From positions 32,001 to 96,000 of the forward strand of contig JAZDKB010000015.1 in the NCBI GenBank assembly GCA_043803405.1: a DNA stretch of 64,000 nt. The letters are read 5' to 3'. The notes under the pieces are model-generated. The model searched no databases. It was given only the letters and a program-made list of their open reading frames with translations, and had not been told where the DNA came from. Every line of letters begins with the position of its first letter. Within the stretch, counting starts at the first letter, position 1. The translations under genes and the position numbers were made by a program. This document shows positions 18,689 to 28,790 of the stretch, one piece after another. The stretch is from Spirochaetota bacterium. GTDB taxonomy: Bacteria > Spirochaetota > UBA4802 > JAFGDQ01.

Positions 18689-18988
18689 ATGGAAAAAACA
18701 TTACAGGAACTTATAGGCGACTGGGTAACAGCCAATAAAAAAATCTTCTGGAAATATGAAGTCTCTTCCTTTTACCAGACGTATAAAATAAATGTAGCCA
18801 ACCTTCCAAAGCCGGGGAAAGAGGACATTAAAGTAGTATCGCATCGCATGTTATTGAGTAATGAGCAAAAAATACAATTATGCAATATTATAAAAAAAGT
18901 ATATAATGGTCCTGACAAGTTAAAAAAATCAAATATCGACTTACAGATTGATTATGTAAAAGGCATGGTAAAAACAGCAGTTATTTAG
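18689..18988 (+). CDS. Hypothetical protein
   Basis: 99-aa ORF with GGAG RBS, no recognised motif. Confidence 0.6.
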   Translation: MEKTLQELIGDWVTANKKIFWKYEVSSFYQTYKINVANLPKPGKEDIKVVSHRMLLSNEQKIQLCNIIKKVYNGPDKLKKSNIDLQIDYVKGMVKTAVI

Positions 18989-19382
18989 CTCCCTTTGCAG
19001 AAAACGGTCCCTTCAGCAGGAACAATCGGATTTCACCCTCAAACGGGCTGGAACACTTTGTTCCATGTCTGCCGGGATTGACACTTATATTATAAAACTC
19101 ATTGCCACTCTCAAAAAAGTACTTCGTCTCCCGCACTAAGTAAAATCGAATTAACAAAATTACTAACAATTTCGAGTAAACTAATATCACAGAAACCGTG
19201 AATTGACTTTTTCCGGCATAATATTACTATATAATAAATCGGCCTGAAGAATACATTCTATGCTATAGTCTTAACCATATATTCTTATAAATATTCGCAG
19301 ATATGTTTAGAATTTTACGCATGATAAATTCAGGTTTGTGAGTTATTATACGGGCCGTAAAAAAAATGGATGAGGTGTAGTA

Positions 19383-19823
19383 ATGAGATTTATGATGCTT
19401 ATGATACCGGATGTTTACCAGAACGGAAAATCCGGAGAGAATTTTTCGCCTACGGCGGAAGCTGTAAAAAAAATGATGAAATATAACGAGGATCTCGCAA
19501 AAGCCGGGGTATTGATTTCTCTCGATGGACTTCATCCTCCGGCCGCAGGAGCGCGTATATCTTTCAGGGGAGAAAAACCGAAAGTCACGGATGATCCATT
19601 TGCCGGAGCAAAAAATGTCCTGGGCGGATACTGGATAATACAGGTAAAGTCAAAGGAAGAGGCAATTGAATGGGCAAAGCGCGTACCTGCAGAACCAGGA
19701 GATATGATAGAAATCCGTCAGTTGTTCGAGATCTCTGAATTTCCTCCTGATGTGCAAAAAGCAGCCGGGATTTCGATTGTACAGGAGCAGGTAGAAAAGC
19801 TTAGGTCCTCTGTCTCCGGATGA
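19383..19823 (+). CDS. YciI family protein
   Basis: MRFMML, YNEDLAKAGVL...GLHP, VTDDPF, GGYWIIQVKSKEEAIEWA. Confidence 0.9.
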   Translation: MRFMMLMIPDVYQNGKSGENFSPTAEAVKKMMKYNEDLAKAGVLISLDGLHPPAAGARISFRGEKPKVTDDPFAGAKNVLGGYWIIQVKSKEEAIEWAKRVPAEPGDMIEIRQLFEISEFPPDVQKAAGISIVQEQVEKLRSSVSG

Positions 19824-19867
19824 ACCGTCTTAAGAGAAAGTATTTACCGAATCAGAGAGGTGCGTAT

Positions 19868-19993
19868 ATGCGGAAAATTACTCCATGCATATTCATAGCA
19901 GTGATCGGAAATTTTTTTTCCCGGATCAGTTACAGATGCGATAAACACCATTCTTCGATAAGACAAGCTAGTTGCCGTAGAGGCGGATTTTAG
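19868..19993 (+). pseudogene. Stub of a VOC/PhnB-type gene
   Basis: GAGGTG RBS then MRKITPC, like the typical MQKITPxLWF start of VOC proteins. Similarity is lost after about 8 codons and the frame stops at codon 42. Confidence 0.4.
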
Positions 19994-20005
19994 ATAAATA
20001 ATGGA

Positions 20006-20437
20006 TCAATAAATATGATAATATGAAACAGCTATGTTTTTATTGAACGGGTTTGCTTCAAAGAAAACATGTTCATTTTTACTTTTAAAGACTGCTTCAA
20101 TAATGCCTAGCATTAATCCGCTGATTGCTCCGCCTGCTACAGTGTAATAAAAATCCTTCGGATCGCGATAGCCTCTCCCCATCCAGTCATCGTATATTAC
20201 CTCCTTGGCTGCTCCGGCAAGAGCGGCCATGCCGATGCTCCATGCTGCAGGATGAACTCTCGATCGATCAAAGACCAGTTCTTCCAGCCTGGGGCAGATA
20301 AAATATGAACCAGCGCCTATAATGATCCCTGCTCCAAGATGAAGCTTTTTGTCCGGCGCAATATGGTACTCTCCATAAATCTCTCCCGAAGCCCCCATTA
20401 AGAACAGGAATACTAATGCAATTATTATAAATCTCAT
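20006..20437 (-). CDS. YfiM/DUF2279-like membrane protein
   Basis: DKKLH...AKEVIYD...DFYYTVAG pattern with hydrophobic segments. Confidence 0.6.
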   Translation of the reverse strand: MRFIIIALVFLFLMGASGEIYGEYHIAPDKKLHLGAGIIIGAGSYFICPRLEELVFDRSRVHPAAWSIGMAALAGAAKEVIYDDWMGRGYRDPKDFYYTVAGGAISGLMLGIIEAVFKSKNEHVFFEANPFNKNIAVSYYHIY

Positions 20438-20720
20438 AATTTTTTAAATATGTTTTTCATTGCCTTATAATATTAATACCTTCCTGTTATGTATAAATTA
20501 TAAATCGGTCAACCAGATTATATAGATGTTAAACCATAAATAAACTATCGATCGCAACAGCCACCTTCACTCAGGATACATTGTTTAATAAAATAATGAA
20601 AGAGATCAGAAAATTTAATGCAAAAATTAATGCCATTTAATAATTATTGGTTGATCTTTAAACTGATGCTGCTATATACAGGGAACAGGATAATTCAATA
20701 ATATTACACCCTGAGGTATT

Positions 20721-20957
20721 ATGGAATTTAAAGAAGGAGAAATATATTTAAAGCCTGATAAGAACAAACCGGAAAATTATACCTGGATAAAAATTCTCTC
20801 ACCACTGGAAACAAATGAATTGGGAGAGAAATATATAGTCTATGCTGCTTACGATTATAACAAAAAGATCTGGCATAAATACGAAGTGAGACAGTATTCC
20901 TGTAATGAATTTAATAACCAGTTAAAACGCGTTAAATCGGCTGGGAGTGTTGAATAG
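20721..20957 (+). CDS. Hypothetical protein
   Basis: 78-aa ORF with GAGGT RBS. Confidence 0.55.
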   Translation: MEFKEGEIYLKPDKNKPENYTWIKILSPLETNELGEKYIVYAAYDYNKKIWHKYEVRQYSCNEFNNQLKRVKSAGSVE

Positions 20958-21006
20958 TAATAAAAATACTTTAAGTAGAACACTGATAAACATCTGAAGA
21001 AACAGA

Positions 21007-21912
21007 ATGAAAAAAGATCACATAGACATAAAAGGCTTTCTAATAATACTCAGCATTACGCTTTTATGGGGACTTAATTATTCGGCAATTAAGATATCGA
21101 ACACAGGGCTGTCACCTGTATTCACGTCCTTTCTTCGCTCCGGGATAGCAGCTTTACTCGGAATAATATACTGTTTAATAATAAAAGAAAAAATATTTCA
21201 CAAAGGCATACTGCTTTTTCACGGTATGATAATTGGCATTCTGTTTGGTCTAGAATTTGCATGTTATTACATGGGATTGCTGTACACGGACGCTGCAAGG
21301 TCTGCAATATTTATGTATCTGTCCCCGTTTGTCGTGGCAATAGGCGCGCATATATTCCTAAAGGAAAAGCTAAATGTTGTAAAAACAATCGGACTTGTAC
21401 TTGCCTTTGCAGGAATATATTTTGTATTTAGAGGTAAACCCAGCACTTATAATAAAATGATGCTTGTGGGTGACCTGCTTGCGATTATAGCTGCGCTTTT
21501 CTGGGGAGCCACAACTGTATACATAAAAAAATATCTTGCAGATAAAATTCATCCGATAAATACGTTTCTGTACCAGTTTATCTTTTCCGTACCTGTACTG
21601 CTCATCAGCGCGTTCGTACTGGAAGATAAATGGGTGACAAATTTTAACGGGTATATTGCAGCTTCTATTGTGTATCAGTCCGTGATTGTCGCTTCCGTTT
21701 CCTACTTCATCTGGTTCAGATTAATCCACACCTATCCGGTAGCAAAACTTTCCACATTTACATTTCTAACACCTGTATTCGGAGTGCTCTTCGGGAATCT
21801 GCTGTTCAGTGAAGAACTGACCATTGGCCTCATTTCCGGCCTTGTGCTTGTATGCGCAGGCATCTACTGTTCCAATTACAATAAAAACACAGAAATAATT
21901 CCTAAACCTTAA
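21007..21912 (+). CDS. DMT/EamA family transporter
   Basis: About 10 TM segments, LWGLNY..IK, R.G.A, FLKEKL, FLTPVFGV...EEL. Confidence 0.92.
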   Translation: MKKDHIDIKGFLIILSITLLWGLNYSAIKISNTGLSPVFTSFLRSGIAALLGIIYCLIIKEKIFHKGILLFHGMIIGILFGLEFACYYMGLLYTDAARSAIFMYLSPFVVAIGAHIFLKEKLNVVKTIGLVLAFAGIYFVFRGKPSTYNKMMLVGDLLAIIAALFWGATTVYIKKYLADKIHPINTFLYQFIFSVPVLLISAFVLEDKWVTNFNGYIAASIVYQSVIVASVSYFIWFRLIHTYPVAKLSTFTFLTPVFGVLFGNLLFSEELTIGLISGLVLVCAGIYCSNYNKNTEIIPKP

Positions 21913-21951
21913 AACGTGATTATTAAGGTATGTAGCTGACTCATAAGAATG

Positions 21952-22054
21952 CCACAGAGACACGAAGGCACTGAGTTTAATAATTATTTATAATAATATT
22001 TCAATATTTTACTATAAATTACAGATAATTCTTTAAGCCTCTGTGTCTCTGTGG
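21952..22054. repeat. CCACAGAGACAC-type inverted repeat pair
   Basis: CCACAGAGACAC (21952) and GTGTCTCTGTGG (ending 22054) around an AT-rich spacer. Confidence 0.5.
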
Positions 22055-22238
22055 TAAAAATTTTAGTTCGGAACATCCTCATGCCATGTAATTATTCATA
22101 TTTAACGTTTAGGAATAATATCTGAAATATTAGGCATAATTTAATACTTGAAAAAAATATACAGATGGCTGTTTCTTGTCTCAATTTTATTGAATGCCAA
22201 AATTTAGATTTTTTTAATAATGTTATAAGGATTATGTT

Positions 22239-24569
22239 ATGCTTCCATACGCCCTTTCCATTTTTCTTTCAGCGTTTCTGGTTTTCGTAGTTGAGCTTTT
22301 AATCGGCAAATTTTTACTTCCCTGGTTCGGGGGTACACCTTCAGTATGGACAACCTGCCTCATGTTTTTCCAGCTTCTTCTCCTGGGAGGGTACGCCTAT
22401 TCATACTGGGTTGCAGGCATAAAAAATCCGCTGAGACAGAGAAATACGCATATTGCGCTTCTCGTTATTTCAATGATATGGATAGCAGTATTTGCAATCC
22501 AGTGCGGTTCGCCGCTTCTCCCTTCTGCAAATTTTCGTCCTGAGGACAGCAGCTTCCCTGTCATTAAAATCGTAGTATTGCTCTTTCTTTCAGTAGGACT
22601 TCCTTTTTTTGTATTATCAGCTAACGGGCCTCTGGTACAGGCCTGGTTCAGCCGCGTTTTTCCGAACGCGCACACATACAGGCTTTATTCGCTTTCAAAC
22701 CTTGGTTCACTTCTCGGCCTTTTGACCTATCCGATACTCATTGAACCTCATTTTAACTTAAAAAACCAGGCTGTAATCTGGACAGCAGCATTTTTGGCAT
22801 TTTCAATCCTAACTGCTTTTTGCGCCATAATGGCCGGAAGAATCCGGATGGTAAAACAATCCGCTGCCCCAAAGAAGGCCGAAGTTGTAAAGACGCCAGG
22901 CGTACCGGGAGAAAAAAAACTTTCACCGCATTTTACCAGGATCCTCTGGATTGTTCTTCCGGCCTGTGCCTCTGTAATGCTGATGGCATCAACTAACCAG
23001 ATGTGCCAGGAGATTGCCGTTATCCCGTTTCTCTGGGTTCTTCCTCTTGTTCTGTATCTCATTTCATTCATCATCGCGTTTGATAATGAGAAATGGTACC
23101 GCAGAAACATCTTTCTCCCTGCTTTTGCATTAGCGGCTATCGGATCATGCTATGTACTTTCCGTGGGATTCAGTGCACCGATTCTTATTCAGATACTGAT
23201 TTACTGTTTTACAATTTTTGTCTGCGCGATGGTATGCCATGGGGAGCTTGCACGGCTGAAGCCGGAAATAACGCAACTGACACTCTTCTATTTGCTTGTC
23301 TCAACCGGAGGAGCTATTGGCGGAATATTTGTTGCAGTCGCAGCGCCTTTGCTCTTTTCCGGTTTCTGGGAATTTCAGATCGGTTTATGGCTTATAGCAC
23401 TCCTCATAATAATTCTTCTTGTAAGAGAAAAAGAATCATGGATATTCAGGAAATATCCATGGCCTGCCGTTCTGGTATTTTTCACATTTGTTGTTCTTAA
23501 ATGGATCTGGGACAAATATGATTCAATTGACTCATTCAGCGAATTTCAGAGTGTTCTTTTTAATAACGGATTTTTCCCAATACTCATTTTTGGCATACTG
23601 TTACTTTTTGCAGTTGATTTTATTTTTAACCGAAAAACCGGCAAAAAAATTCCATGGATAGGGGTATCTTCCCTTTTTGCGTCAGTGATTATTCTCGGCT
23701 GGACCCTTGCAGGCGATATTCAAAAAATGAATCAGAATGCCCTTAAAACAGCTCGCAATTTTTTCGGCGTCCTCAGTATTCAGGAATATAATGCGGATGA
23801 TCCGTCATCTCACCGTCTTAGTATGCAGCATGGACGGATCTCGCATGGAATACAGTACCAGGCAGCGAACAGAAAAAAAATAGTTACAACATACTACCAC
23901 CGTTCAAGCGGCATAGGCCGGGCAATCATTACGCATCCGAAATATACTCATGAAAAAAATATCCGTATCGGCGTTGTCGGACTCGGAGCAGGAACACTTG
24001 CGGCTTACGGAAGACCAGGGGACTATTTCAGATTCTATGAAATAAATCCTCACGTGGCAGAAGCTTCTTTTGGTAAAATGGCCAGCTTCTCCTTTCTTAA
24101 TGACTGCAAGGGAAAAGTTGACCTGGTTATGGGTGATGCAAGAATTTCGATGGAAAGAGAACTCAGGGAAAATAAGAGACAGAATTTTGACGTACTTGCA
24201 ATCGATGCATTCAGCAGCGATTCTATTCCGGTGCATCTTTTAACCAAAGAAGCGATCGATATCTATTTTCAGCATCTTAACAGGGACAGGGGAATTCTCG
24301 CACTTCATATTACCAACAGGCACCTCAACCTCCAGCCGATAGTCTCGCAGTTATCGGATTCGATCGGTTTAAAAACTGTTCTCATCGATGACAATACAAC
24401 TACAACCGGAGAATGGAAAAATACCTGGATGCTTCTCTCAAAAAACAGGAAAATTCTTCAAAGTACATTGATCGCCAATGCATTGTCGAAAATGGGAAAA
24501 AACAATAAAAAATTCAGACCATGGACAGATGACTACAGCAACCTGTTCCAGATAATCAAATACAATTGA
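22239..24569 (+). CDS. Fused multi-TM / spermidine-synthase-like SAM-binding protein
   Basis: LLPWFGGTPSVW, YRLYSLSNLGS, CHGEL, VGLGAGTLA, YEINP, GDAR, DAFSSDSIPVHLLT, WTDDYSNL. Confidence 0.88.
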   Translation: MLPYALSIFLSAFLVFVVELLIGKFLLPWFGGTPSVWTTCLMFFQLLLLGGYAYSYWVAGIKNPLRQRNTHIALLVISMIWIAVFAIQCGSPLLPSANFRPEDSSFPVIKIVVLLFLSVGLPFFVLSANGPLVQAWFSRVFPNAHTYRLYSLSNLGSLLGLLTYPILIEPHFNLKNQAVIWTAAFLAFSILTAFCAIMAGRIRMVKQSAAPKKAEVVKTPGVPGEKKLSPHFTRILWIVLPACASVMLMASTNQMCQEIAVIPFLWVLPLVLYLISFIIAFDNEKWYRRNIFLPAFALAAIGSCYVLSVGFSAPILIQILIYCFTIFVCAMVCHGELARLKPEITQLTLFYLLVSTGGAIGGIFVAVAAPLLFSGFWEFQIGLWLIALLIIILLVREKESWIFRKYPWPAVLVFFTFVVLKWIWDKYDSIDSFSEFQSVLFNNGFFPILIFGILLLFAVDFIFNRKTGKKIPWIGVSSLFASVIILGWTLAGDIQKMNQNALKTARNFFGVLSIQEYNADDPSSHRLSMQHGRISHGIQYQAANRKKIVTTYYHRSSGIGRAIITHPKYTHEKNIRIGVVGLGAGTLAAYGRPGDYFRFYEINPHVAEASFGKMASFSFLNDCKGKVDLVMGDARISMERELRENKRQNFDVLAIDAFSSDSIPVHLLTKEAIDIYFQHLNRDRGILALHITNRHLNLQPIVSQLSDSIGLKTVLIDDNTTTTGEWKNTWMLLSKNRKILQSTLIANALSKMGKNNKKFRPWTDDYSNLFQIIKYN

Positions 24570-24618
24570 TTATACCCGATCCTGTTACAACTATAATTCA
24601 AATGAACAACTAATAATT

Positions 24619-25704
24619 TTATTCCGCGACGCAAACATTATTCCTACCTTCAGTCTTTGCTCTATACAATGCCCTGTCAGCATTATAGATCAGGAAACTA
24701 AGGTCCTTATCGAAATCCGGCGTACAGACAGCAACACCGAAACTGGCTGTAATTTTAATTATATCTTCAGTTTCATCTATGTGGAATTCCGTTTTTTCAA
24801 TTTTATGTCTCATCCTTTCCACTATAGCGCATATTTTTTCATTATTAGTATCCGAAAGACAAATAAGAAATTCTTCTCCCCCATATCTTGCAATAAAATC
24901 ATAAGTCCTGGACATTCCTAAGAGACATTTTGAAAATCTCTGCAATACAGCGTCCCCGGCCTGGTGACCGTAGATATCATTAATCTTTTTAAAATGATCA
25001 ATATCTGTCATTATCAAACCTATGGATTTTCTGGTTCTGCGGCTTCTTTCAAGTTCCAAATCGAATCTTTCCGAAAAAGCCCTTCTGTTAAGAACGCCGG
25101 TAAGGTAATCCATTGAAGCATTCCTTTCTGCCTCAGCCCTTGCTTTCTTCAGCTCTTCCTCATTTTTATAATATGCAAAGATCTCCTTATCTATAATAAC
25201 ATTGAAATCCTTAAGAGCCTGTTCAGTTTCTTCAATAATTTTTTCTTTTTCCTTCAGTTGTGTTTCAATATCCGTGTTCAGCTTGGCAAGATTATAATTA
25301 TTTTTTTTCATAAAGCGCAATTTCAGATGAATATCGATGCGGTTAAGAACTTCATTAATATTAAAAGGTCTTGTTAAATAATCAACGCCTCCGGAGGTGA
25401 ATATTTTGTCCTTGTTTTCAACAGTTTCATTTCTGCAGATATAAATAATCGGTATATCAGCCAGTTTCTCATTTTCCTTTAGCATTTTGCAGATCTCATA
25501 CCCGTCTGTTTCTGAAATATCTATTTTAAGTAAAAATAAATCGGGCGGGTTTTCCAATGCGGACTGCTTTGCTGAAAGTCCGTTGGAAACGCTTCTCACG
25601 TTATAACCGTTCTCCCTCAGCATAATAGTCAGGAGATTAATGATGGACGGAGAATCGGATATAAGAAGTATACCGGCGTTAGTTCTAAATCCCGATTCGT
25701 GCAT
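24619..25704 (-). CDS. Diguanylate cyclase with N-terminal pseudo-receiver
   Basis: DYLTGVLNRR, DIDHFKKIND.YGH..GD, RTYD I-site, GGEEF. Confidence 0.92.
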   Translation of the reverse strand: MHESGFRTNAGILLISDSPSIINLLTIMLRENGYNVRSVSNGLSAKQSALENPPDLFLLKIDISETDGYEICKMLKENEKLADIPIIYICRNETVENKDKIFTSGGVDYLTRPFNINEVLNRIDIHLKLRFMKKNNYNLAKLNTDIETQLKEKEKIIEETEQALKDFNVIIDKEIFAYYKNEEELKKARAEAERNASMDYLTGVLNRRAFSERFDLELERSRRTRKSIGLIMTDIDHFKKINDIYGHQAGDAVLQRFSKCLLGMSRTYDFIARYGGEEFLICLSDTNNEKICAIVERMRHKIEKTEFHIDETEDIIKITASFGVAVCTPDFDKDLSFLIYNADRALYRAKTEGRNNVCVAE

Positions 25705-26165
25705 TATTGCTGTTCCTTTACCTTTTTTCTTGTGATCTTAAATACCAGCTTAAATCTCTGGCTATACTTGTTGAAGTCAAAGCAAGGACAGCCGGATCGG
25801 TATAGTTTCTTCTCTTCGCACATACGTATGCCTGCTCAAATTTATAATCATCACCGGCTAAAGCGCCGATAAAGGAAATATTTATTTTATTCCTTAATGT
25901 AAATTATTTCTTCCGCTTTCACGCTCATTTCGTCAACTAAAATAATTCCTACATATCTTTCAGGATGTCAGGCTGCCGTCCGCCGCTTATAAAATAAATC
26001 CTGTTTTCAGTAATTAAAAATGCTTGATCTTTTTCATTGTAAAAGCAATTTTTGCAAAATTCCATATTGATCGAAGCTGCAAATGAACACTGATACTCGT
26101 TTAAAAACAGCCGGTAAAAGGAATTTAATTTTTTAAGAATGGATAAAGATAAAACGGCAAAATAA

Positions 26166-27668
26166 ATGATAAAGATTTCCGGGTTAAATAAAGCATTCAG
26201 AGAACAGGTGCTTTTCGATGATTTAAGCCTTAGTGTAAACCGCGGCGAAAAGATAGGCCTTGTAGGACGGAACGGGCATGGGAAATCCACATTGTTCCAG
26301 ATGATACTGGGGAATATCGATGCAGATTCCGGTACTATTTCGGCTCCGAAAAATTACCGCATAGGGCACCTGGAACAGCATCTTCATTTTAGTAAACCGA
26401 CAGTTCTGGAAGAATGCTGCCTTGGCCTTCCGCCTGATGAAGAATACGAGACATGGCAGGCTGAGAAAATACTATCAGGGCTCGGCTTTTCCGAACCAGA
26501 TTTGGAAAGAGCGCCGTCCGAGTTTTCGGGCGGATACCAGATACGCATGAACCTAGCAAAGCTTCTTGTTTCGCGGCCCGATATGCTTATGCTCGATGAG
26601 CCGAATAACTATCTTGATATCGTTGCAATAAGATGGCTGGAGGACTTTTTAAAATCATGGGAAGGCGAATTTATTCTTATAACACACGACAGGAGTTTCA
26701 TGGACAGCGTTGTTACACATGTGGCAGCCATACACCGTACAAAAGCCAGAAAAATAGAAGGCGATACAGAGAAGCTCTATAGCCTGATAAACCAGGAAGA
26801 AGAGATATACGAAAAAACTCGTCTTAATGAAGCAAAGAAACGCAGGCAGGAAGAGATGTTCATAGCACGCTTCAAAGCGCGGGCGAGTTTTGCAAGCCGT
26901 ACGCAGTCCCGCGTAAAAAAGCTCGAGAAGCAGGGCGAAATGAAAGCTCTTGACAACATTGAAGACCTTGAATTGTATTTTAACAGCGCAGATTTTGCCG
27001 CAAGCCAGATGATGTCCGCGGAGAATATATCCTTTTCGTATAACGGCAAGGAACCTTTTCTGATTGACGGCTTTTCAATCGGCATAGGAAGGCGCGACCG
27101 CGTCTGCATAATTGGAAAAAACGGCAAGGGAAAATCGACGCTGCTTAAGCTTCTTGCAGGAGAACTGAAACCGGTCAGCGGGCGTATCAATAAACATCCT
27201 GTATTAGAAGAAGGATATTTCGGGCAGACAAATAAAATCGATCTTGATGATAAAAAGACGATCGTTGAGGAATTAAGAAGCGCAGATAAAGCATGCAGCG
27301 AATACAAAGCAAGATGCATAGCAGGCGGGCTCATGTTCTCGGGAGACAACGCCCTAAAAAAGATAAAGGTATTATCCGGGGGAGAAAAAAGCAGGGTGCT
27401 GCTTGGAAAAATTCTTGTGACCCCATGCCATATCCTGTTCCTTGATGAACCGACGAATCATTTGGATATGCAGTCTTGCGATTCCCTGATCGAAGCAATA
27501 GACAATTTTGATGGCTCTATGGTAATGGTTACTCACAACGAAGCGCATTTGAGAGCGGTTGCCACAAAGCTTATTGTCTTCGATAATGATACAATAACAG
27601 TATACACCGGCACTTACGATGAATTCCTGAACGATATAGGCTGGTCGGATGAGGAACTAAAAATTTAG
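26166..27668 (+). CDS. ABC-F family ATPase
   Basis: Two ABC domains ([33 protein letters not shown]), no TM segments. Confidence 0.93.
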   Translation: MIKISGLNKAFREQVLFDDLSLSVNRGEKIGLVGRNGHGKSTLFQMILGNIDADSGTISAPKNYRIGHLEQHLHFSKPTVLEECCLGLPPDEEYETWQAEKILSGLGFSEPDLERAPSEFSGGYQIRMNLAKLLVSRPDMLMLDEPNNYLDIVAIRWLEDFLKSWEGEFILITHDRSFMDSVVTHVAAIHRTKARKIEGDTEKLYSLINQEEEIYEKTRLNEAKKRRQEEMFIARFKARASFASRTQSRVKKLEKQGEMKALDNIEDLELYFNSADFAASQMMSAENISFSYNGKEPFLIDGFSIGIGRRDRVCIIGKNGKGKSTLLKLLAGELKPVSGRINKHPVLEEGYFGQTNKIDLDDKKTIVEELRSADKACSEYKARCIAGGLMFSGDNALKKIKVLSGGEKSRVLLGKILVTPCHILFLDEPTNHLDMQSCDSLIEAIDNFDGSMVMVTHNEAHLRAVATKLIVFDNDTITVYTGTYDEFLNDIGWSDEELKI

Positions 27669-27777
27669 AATACTTAGAGCCTATTTTACTTGATAATTCC
27701 AGTATTAGCTAAAAGGATAATATCTATAGCACAATTATAAATCTACTGAAATTGATACTTAATCGAAATAATCATTT

Positions 27778-28668
27778 ATGTCAAAATCAGATTTCCATTC
27801 TATTGTTCGTATTGGCGTTTCGGTAAACGGCCAGACGGTTTTTGAATTTTTATGCAGCAGCTTTCCGAAAATCTCCAGGTCCGTCTGGCAGAACAGAATT
27901 GAGTCCGGCAATGTATCTTACGAAAATTCAAAACCGGTTGAGATGCCGGATACCGCAGCAGCAGGGATGAAAATATATTATTACAGAGAAGTCGAAAACG
28001 AAACCGTTATTCCATATAAAGAAAAAATTCTTTTCGCTGATGAGCACATACTGGTAGCTGACAAACCCCATTTTCTTCCTGTTGCCCCGGCAGGGAAATA
28101 TGTAAATGAGACGCTTTTAAACAGACTGAAAAAAAACACAGGCATTGACAACATGGTTCCCGTAAACAGGCTTGACCGTGAGACAGCCGGCATTGTTCTT
28201 TTTTCCATAAACAGTCGTTCAAGAGATGCTTACTATAATCTGTTCAGAAAAAGACTTGTTCATAAAACATATAAAGCAGTCTCTCCGGAAAATCCAGCTG
28301 TCAAAGGCAATAAGTGGCGAATCGAGAACAGGCTTGTTCAGGGCGATCCGTGGTTCAGGATGAAATGTTATAATGGGAATGTTAACAAAGGTAACGAAGT
28401 TAATGCTATAAGCAATATAATTTTAGAAAAATGCGACAATGGTTTTTGCTATTTTACTATTCATCCCGAAACCGGGCAAAAACATCAATTGAGAGTGCAT
28501 TTGGCTTTACTTGGATACCCCATCTTAAACGACAGATTTTATCCGGTTCTTTTTCCGGAAGAAGCAGATGATTTTTCAAAACCATTAAAGCTGCTCGCAG
28601 AAAAGATATGTTTTAAAAGCCCTCTGACCGGGCATCTGCAGGAGTTTGAAACAGAGCAGCACCTGTAA
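27778..28668 (+). CDS. RluA-family pseudouridine synthase
   Basis: DKPHFLP, NRLDRETAG, TGQKHQLRVH, PILND.FY. Confidence 0.9.
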   Translation: MSKSDFHSIVRIGVSVNGQTVFEFLCSSFPKISRSVWQNRIESGNVSYENSKPVEMPDTAAAGMKIYYYREVENETVIPYKEKILFADEHILVADKPHFLPVAPAGKYVNETLLNRLKKNTGIDNMVPVNRLDRETAGIVLFSINSRSRDAYYNLFRKRLVHKTYKAVSPENPAVKGNKWRIENRLVQGDPWFRMKCYNGNVNKGNEVNAISNIILEKCDNGFCYFTIHPETGQKHQLRVHLALLGYPILNDRFYPVLFPEEADDFSKPLKLLAEKICFKSPLTGHLQEFETEQHL

Positions 28669-28790
28669 TTATTTTTTATTCTTGCCGTAAATCTAATAAA
28701 ATATAAATACCGGTTTAAAATATATTCCAGCTGATTAAAAATTATATTATTATTTTGTGATATAGACTTTTAAATAATTGAGGAATAAAA

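Noticed and set aside
25717..26130. Possible degraded minus-strand gene between the DGC and the ABC-F gene
   Set aside because: Fragments look protein-like but need several frameshifts and match no family I recognise.
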